This document shows positions 28,317-32,000 of a DNA stretch of 32,000 nucleotides, in pieces; position 1 is the stretch's first letter; each line of letters opens with the position of its first letter. The stretch is taken from the NCBI RefSeq assembly GCF_001457595.1, contig NZ_LN831039.1:6660001-6692000 (forward strand). The letters run 5' to 3'. Both the position numbers and the translations under genes were made by a program. The stretch comes from Mycolicibacterium smegmatis. GTDB taxonomy: Bacteria; Actinomycetota; Actinomycetes; Mycobacteriales; Mycobacteriaceae. The notes below the pieces were generated by a model. That model was not told where the DNA came from. It saw only the letters and a list, made by a program, of their open reading frames with translations, and did not search any database.

Positions 28317-29351
28317 TCACGGCACTCGGACCGCGGCGAGCACCGCGTCGATCACCACGTCGGGGGTGATGCGGGCGCTGGCGGCCTCGAAGCCCAGGAT
28401 CAGGCGGTGCCGCAGCACCCGGTGGGCGAGCCTGGCGATGTCGTCGGGAACCACGTGGTCGCGGCCACGCAGCAGCGCAAGAGCCCGCGCGGTGCGGCAC
28501 AACGCGATGGTCGCGCGTGGACTCGCGCCGTACTCGACGAGACGCGCGAGGTTGGTGGGCAGAAAACTGTCGGGTTCGCGGGTCACGCCGACGAGCCTGC
28601 CGGCGTACTCGACCAGCGCGCGGTCCAGATGCACGGACTCGGCGATGCGCTGCACGCGGCGGACGTCGTCGATGCCGACGACGGGCGTACCGTGCCTGCC
28701 GCGTTCGTACAGACCGGCGTCCATGCGGGCGATCATCTCGACCTCGTCGGCCACCGACGGGTACCGCACGATCTCCTTGAGCATGAACCGGTCGGTCTGT
28801 GCTTCCGACAGCGGGTACGTGCCCTCCTGGTCCACAGGGTTCTGCGTCGCGATGACCAGGAACGGTTCCGGGATGGGGTATTCGACGCCCGCGATGGTGG
28901 TCTGGCGTTCCTCCATCGCTTCGAGCATGGCGCTCTGGGTTTTCGCGCTCGACCGGTTGATCTCGTCGAGCAGCACGATGTTGGCGTGCACGGGACCCAG
29001 TTGGGTGGTGAACGAATGCGTCGCGGCCTCGTACACCTGGGTGCCGATGATGTCGCTGGGCAGCAGGTCCGGTGTGCACTGGATGCGGTGGAAGCTGCCG
29101 TCGATCGACTCGGCGATCACACGTGCCGCGGTGGTCTTCGCCAGGCCGGGGACACTCTCCAGCAGCAGGTGTCCGCCGCTGAGCAGCGCCACGAGCATCG
29201 ACTCACGCAGATGGTCCTGGCCGACCACCTTGGCCGAGAACGCCGACGTCACCGCACCCACGATCTGCTGGGCTTCGGCGACGTCGCGCTGGTCGAGCTG
29301 TAATCGTGGTGCCGTCACCCGCGGTATGTACCCAGGGCCCGCCCATCTCAT
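28317..29351 (-). CDS. moxR: MoxR-family AAA+ ATPase
   Basis: Start ATG 29351 overlaps the upstream stop (ATGA). Walker A variant ESVPGLAKTT, Walker B VLLDEINR and the ATQNP sensor motif are present. The 500-aa ORF extension is Arg-rich overlap. Confidence 0.92.
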   Translation of the reverse strand: MRWAGPGYIPRVTAPRLQLDQRDVAEAQQIVGAVTSAFSAKVVGQDHLRESMLVALLSGGHLLLESVPGLAKTTAARVIAESIDGSFHRIQCTPDLLPSDIIGTQVYEAATHSFTTQLGPVHANIVLLDEINRSSAKTQSAMLEAMEERQTTIAGVEYPIPEPFLVIATQNPVDQEGTYPLSEAQTDRFMLKEIVRYPSVADEVEMIARMDAGLYERGRHGTPVVGIDDVRRVQRIAESVHLDRALVEYAGRLVGVTREPDSFLPTNLARLVEYGASPRATIALCRTARALALLRGRDHVVPDDIARLAHRVLRHRLILGFEAASARITPDVVIDAVLAAVRVP

Positions 29352-30241
29352 GCCCTCGCGAGGCGCTCCGGCATTGCGACGGGTGCGGACTGCAGCCAGG
29401 ACGCGAGGTTGCGCACGTAGTCCTTGAACACCTCGAGGTGTTGCGGATCGGCCTTCATCCCGCTGCCCGGCAGTTCGGTGACGAATGAGGGAGCACCGTG
29501 GTCGACGTCCCAGTTGTAGTCGGCGAAGTGGTGGAACGTCGATTCGGCCACCGCACGGCCCATGGGTGTTCCGTCGTCGGTCGTCTCGCCGTCGAGCAGG
29601 ACCGCGAGGTTGAAGTGCCTGCCGGTCGAGGTGCTGCGGCCCTGCGCCAGCACCTCGGCGAACGGCGTGTCGGCCGACACCGCGCCCTCGTGCGGGTGCG
29701 CCGGGAACCACTCGATGCGCCCGCTCGCGGTGCGGTCGGTGCGCAGTAGTTCGTGCACGTGATCGTTCACCAGGACGGGCTGGTAGTCGCCGTTGGCACC
29801 CGAGTGGTAGTTGGGCCACGAGATGTCCGGATTGTCCTGGTCGTCACACATCGTGGCGGGGTCGACGCCGGCATCGAGGGACCCGTGGAACTGGTTGACC
29901 GCACCCAGCGAGCCCAGGCCCAGCAGGCAGCTGCCGAGGTCCTGGTGATCGCGGGCGGTCAGGACACCGCCGCCGTTCTCACGGAAGCGCAGGATCGCCG
30001 CGCACTCGGCCGCAGTCAGGCCCGTGCCGACGTCGACGGCCATGAGCCACAGCTGCTCGAAGTCGAGTTCGTCGAGCCGGCTCAGCACGGGATCGTCGTG
30101 CGCGTGGGCCCGGTTGCGTGCCGTGACGTCGTGGCCCGCCGAGCGCAGTTCGTCGGCCAAAAGGGAGAACCGCGTGACGTCCCAGTCGTCGAGGTTCTCG
30201 GTGATCGTGGTCTGCAGCAGGATTCTCGCCATCGGAATCAC
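29348..30241 (-). CDS. Hypothetical protein, tentatively ThuA-like / class-I glutamine amidotransferase-like fold
   Basis: 297-aa ORF. The pattern RILLQTT..DDWD..F..LA..L..GH.V ... FEQLWLMAVD ... ILRFRENGGGVLTARDH resembles ThuA/GATase1-like proteins. This is a weak assignment made by eye. Confidence 0.5.
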   Translation of the reverse strand: MIPMARILLQTTITENLDDWDVTRFSLLADELRSAGHDVTARNRAHAHDDPVLSRLDELDFEQLWLMAVDVGTGLTAAECAAILRFRENGGGVLTARDHQDLGSCLLGLGSLGAVNQFHGSLDAGVDPATMCDDQDNPDISWPNYHSGANGDYQPVLVNDHVHELLRTDRTASGRIEWFPAHPHEGAVSADTPFAEVLAQGRSTSTGRHFNLAVLLDGETTDDGTPMGRAVAESTFHHFADYNWDVDHGAPSFVTELPGSGMKADPQHLEVFKDYVRNLASWLQSAPVAMPERLARA

Positions 30242-30330
30242 GCCTCTCGTTCCGCCGAGGGATGGGGTCGCACTTCAGCGTGACGCGGGTGATGCGTGGC
30301 GCGGACCCTTGAGAATTCGTGGTCCGGTGA

Positions 30331-31497
30331 TCACTGGTCGGCGCGCAGTGTGAGCACGCTGATGTCGGGTGGCGCCCCGATGCGCACCGGCGGGCCCCAG
30401 AAACCCGCACCCCTGGTCACGTACAGCTGGGTGTCGCCGACGGTCGACAGCCCGGCGAGCGACGGCTGCACAGCCGACACGACGTAGTGGAACGGCCACA
30501 GCTGGCCGCCGTGCGTATGGCCCGAGAGCTGCAGGTCGACGCCCCGTTCGGCGGCCTCGGTGACCTGGACCGGCTGATGCGCGAGCAGGACCGTCGCCTG
30601 CGACGGGGCGACGCCGGCCAGGGCCCGGTCGAGGTCCGGTGGGTCCGAACTCCGTTCCCCGGCCACGTCGTTGACGCCGGCGAGCGCGAACGACGCACGG
30701 CCGCGCCGGATCGGGGTGTTCTCGTTGCGCAGCGGCGCGACGCCGAGCCGCTCGAGTTCACGCAGCCACTCGCCGGTCTCGTCGGTGAAGTACTCGTGGT
30801 TGCCGGTGACGAAGAAGCTGCCTTCGCGGGCCGCCAGGTCCTGCAACGGTTCCACCGCGGCGCCCAGTTCGCTGACCGTGCCGTCGACGAGGTCGCCGAC
30901 GATCGCGACGAGATCGGGCTCGGTTTCGTTGATCATCCGCACGATCCGCTCGGTGTGCGATCGGCCCAGCATGGGCCCCAGGTGGATGTCGGACACCACC
31001 GCGATGCGGAAGCCGTTGAACGCCGGGTCGATTCGTCCCAGCCGGACGGGAACCTGCAGCATTTTGGGCGGTCCCAGCGCGATCGACGCGCCGGTGCCGA
31101 CGAGCGCCACCGACGCCACACCCGCGGCCACCGCACCGCCGCGCGCGAGGAACATCCGCCGGTTGACCGCCGTCGATTCAGGCGCTGCTTCCTGCGCGCC
31201 GCCACGTTTGACCCACCGCCGCAGCACCAACCGCACGGGCTCGAGCACCAGCAGCGTCAGCACGAGGTAGAACACCAGCGCCAACCACACGAACCCGGGC
31301 CAGGACAGCCACGCCGCCTCGCGGATGTCGAACACCCGCGGGACGATCAGCCCCGCGAACAACAGCGCCGTCGGGATCAGGAACAGCACGGTGGCCACGC
31401 GTCGTGACCGGCCCGGCGTCGTGGTGTTCTTCGCCAGCCGCGTCCACACATAGAAGTGCATCGACGCGAGCACGACGATCAGCACGACGATGAACAT
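30331..31497 (-). CDS. Membrane-bound metallophosphoesterase
   Basis: N-terminal TM helices followed by the calcineurin-like motifs VSDIHLG, GDLVDG, GNHE and GHTHGGQ. Confidence 0.9.
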   Translation of the reverse strand: MFIVVLIVVLASMHFYVWTRLAKNTTTPGRSRRVATVLFLIPTALLFAGLIVPRVFDIREAAWLSWPGFVWLALVFYLVLTLLVLEPVRLVLRRWVKRGGAQEAAPESTAVNRRMFLARGGAVAAGVASVALVGTGASIALGPPKMLQVPVRLGRIDPAFNGFRIAVVSDIHLGPMLGRSHTERIVRMINETEPDLVAIVGDLVDGTVSELGAAVEPLQDLAAREGSFFVTGNHEYFTDETGEWLRELERLGVAPLRNENTPIRRGRASFALAGVNDVAGERSSDPPDLDRALAGVAPSQATVLLAHQPVQVTEAAERGVDLQLSGHTHGGQLWPFHYVVSAVQPSLAGLSTVGDTQLYVTRGAGFWGPPVRIGAPPDISVLTLRADQ

Positions 31498-31524
31498 GCA
31501 CTCCCTTTCGGAAATGCCGTCAGC

Positions 31525-32000
31525 TTAGTTCGCGGCGCGCCGAACCAGCTCGTCGATTGCCGAGGGGTCGTCGGTGTCGACCACCGGGAAGCCGGATCCG
31601 GGTTCGCCCTCCCAGTGCAATTCGATCCCCGGGTTGTGGACGTCGGATCCGTCGGCGAGGAAGAAGTGCGGGCTGCCCTGCACGTCGTCGGCGTGCGCGC
31701 GGTAGGTGCGCATCATCTCGGCGCGCGCGGTGCCCTCGTCGAGGTCGCGGCGCAGCGCCTCGGCATCGACGTCGGCGCATCCTCCCGCGATGTCGACGAT
31801 CTCGTGCAGCAGCGATATGGGTCTGCTGTCGGTGAAGAACGCATGACGGATCGCCATGTCGAGTTGTTCTGCGGCCTTGGGAGATTGGCGTTTGGCAGCG
31901 TGCACGGCCTCATTGGCGAGCAGCGAGGTGATCGGCCATTCCGACGCCTCACCCTGCCACGGCGCCCACCCGAAGTCCGGCGCCAGCGCACCGACCACGG
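31525..32000 (-). CDS. DsbA-family / thioredoxin-fold protein, N-terminus beyond the window edge
   Basis: The C-terminal helical insert and beta-strand pattern (AIRHAFFTD ... VQGSPHFFLADGS) fit the DsbA-like family. The reading frame is open to the end of the window. Confidence 0.6.
   Translation of the reverse strand, partial: VVGALAPDFGWAPWQGEASEWPITSLLANEAVHAAKRQSPKAAEQLDMAIRHAFFTDSRPISLLHEIVDIAGGCADVDAEALRRDLDEGTARAEMMRTYRAHADDVQGSPHFFLADGSDVHNPGIELHWEGEPGSGFPVVDTDDPSAIDELVRRAAN

Noticed and set aside
29352-29819. N-terminal extension of the MoxR ORF (500-aa version). Similarly, the 597-aa version of the 25194 gene extends to 26987.
   Set aside because: The extensions are Arg-rich and overlap upstream genes. 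ATG starts that form ATGA overlaps give canonical protein lengths and N-termini.
30242-30330. ggacc-N13-ggtcc stem around an EcoRI site, between the metallophosphoesterase gene and the MoxR operon, considered as a terminator or operator.
   Set aside because: The stem is 5 bp with a 13-nt loop, which is too weak to call.

Overview
This is high-G+C (by eye, high 60s %) actinobacterial chromosomal DNA. It looks Mycobacteriaceae-like, based on an antigen-85-type mycolyltransferase, an F420/LLM oxidoreductase, fadE pairs and a likely mycobacterial-type MTHFR. About 34 protein genes are tightly packed, many with ATGA/GTGA start-stop overlaps. I saw no rRNA, tRNA, CRISPR array, transposase or integrase. 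Gene order: Ag85-like esterase (5' partial), FAD oxidoreductase, a fadE-fadE-hydrolase-FAH cluster, hrpA, SnoaL-like and SDR genes. Next comes a ~1.77 kb lower-G+C insertion bounded by 48-bp direct repeats. After it lies a four-gene amino-acid ABC operon ending in an aminotransferase-class-V::YheO/DauR-like fusion. Then follow MTHFR-like, hydrolase, RibH2-type lumazine synthase, LuxR, secreted protein, NTF2-LLM, PadR and TetR genes. The window ends with a seven-gene ThuA-like/MoxR/DUF58/VWA (Bat-like) operon, a metallophosphoesterase and a partial DsbA-like gene. The best novelty candidates are three: (1) the repeat-flanked island with a decayed copy of the neighbouring regulator's 3' end, an orphan two-domain membrane protein and 460 bp of unexplained non-coding DNA; (2) the PLP-enzyme/HTH fusion coupled to the transporter; (3) the extended MoxR operon. 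All functional calls come from motif recognition by eye. No database search was run.
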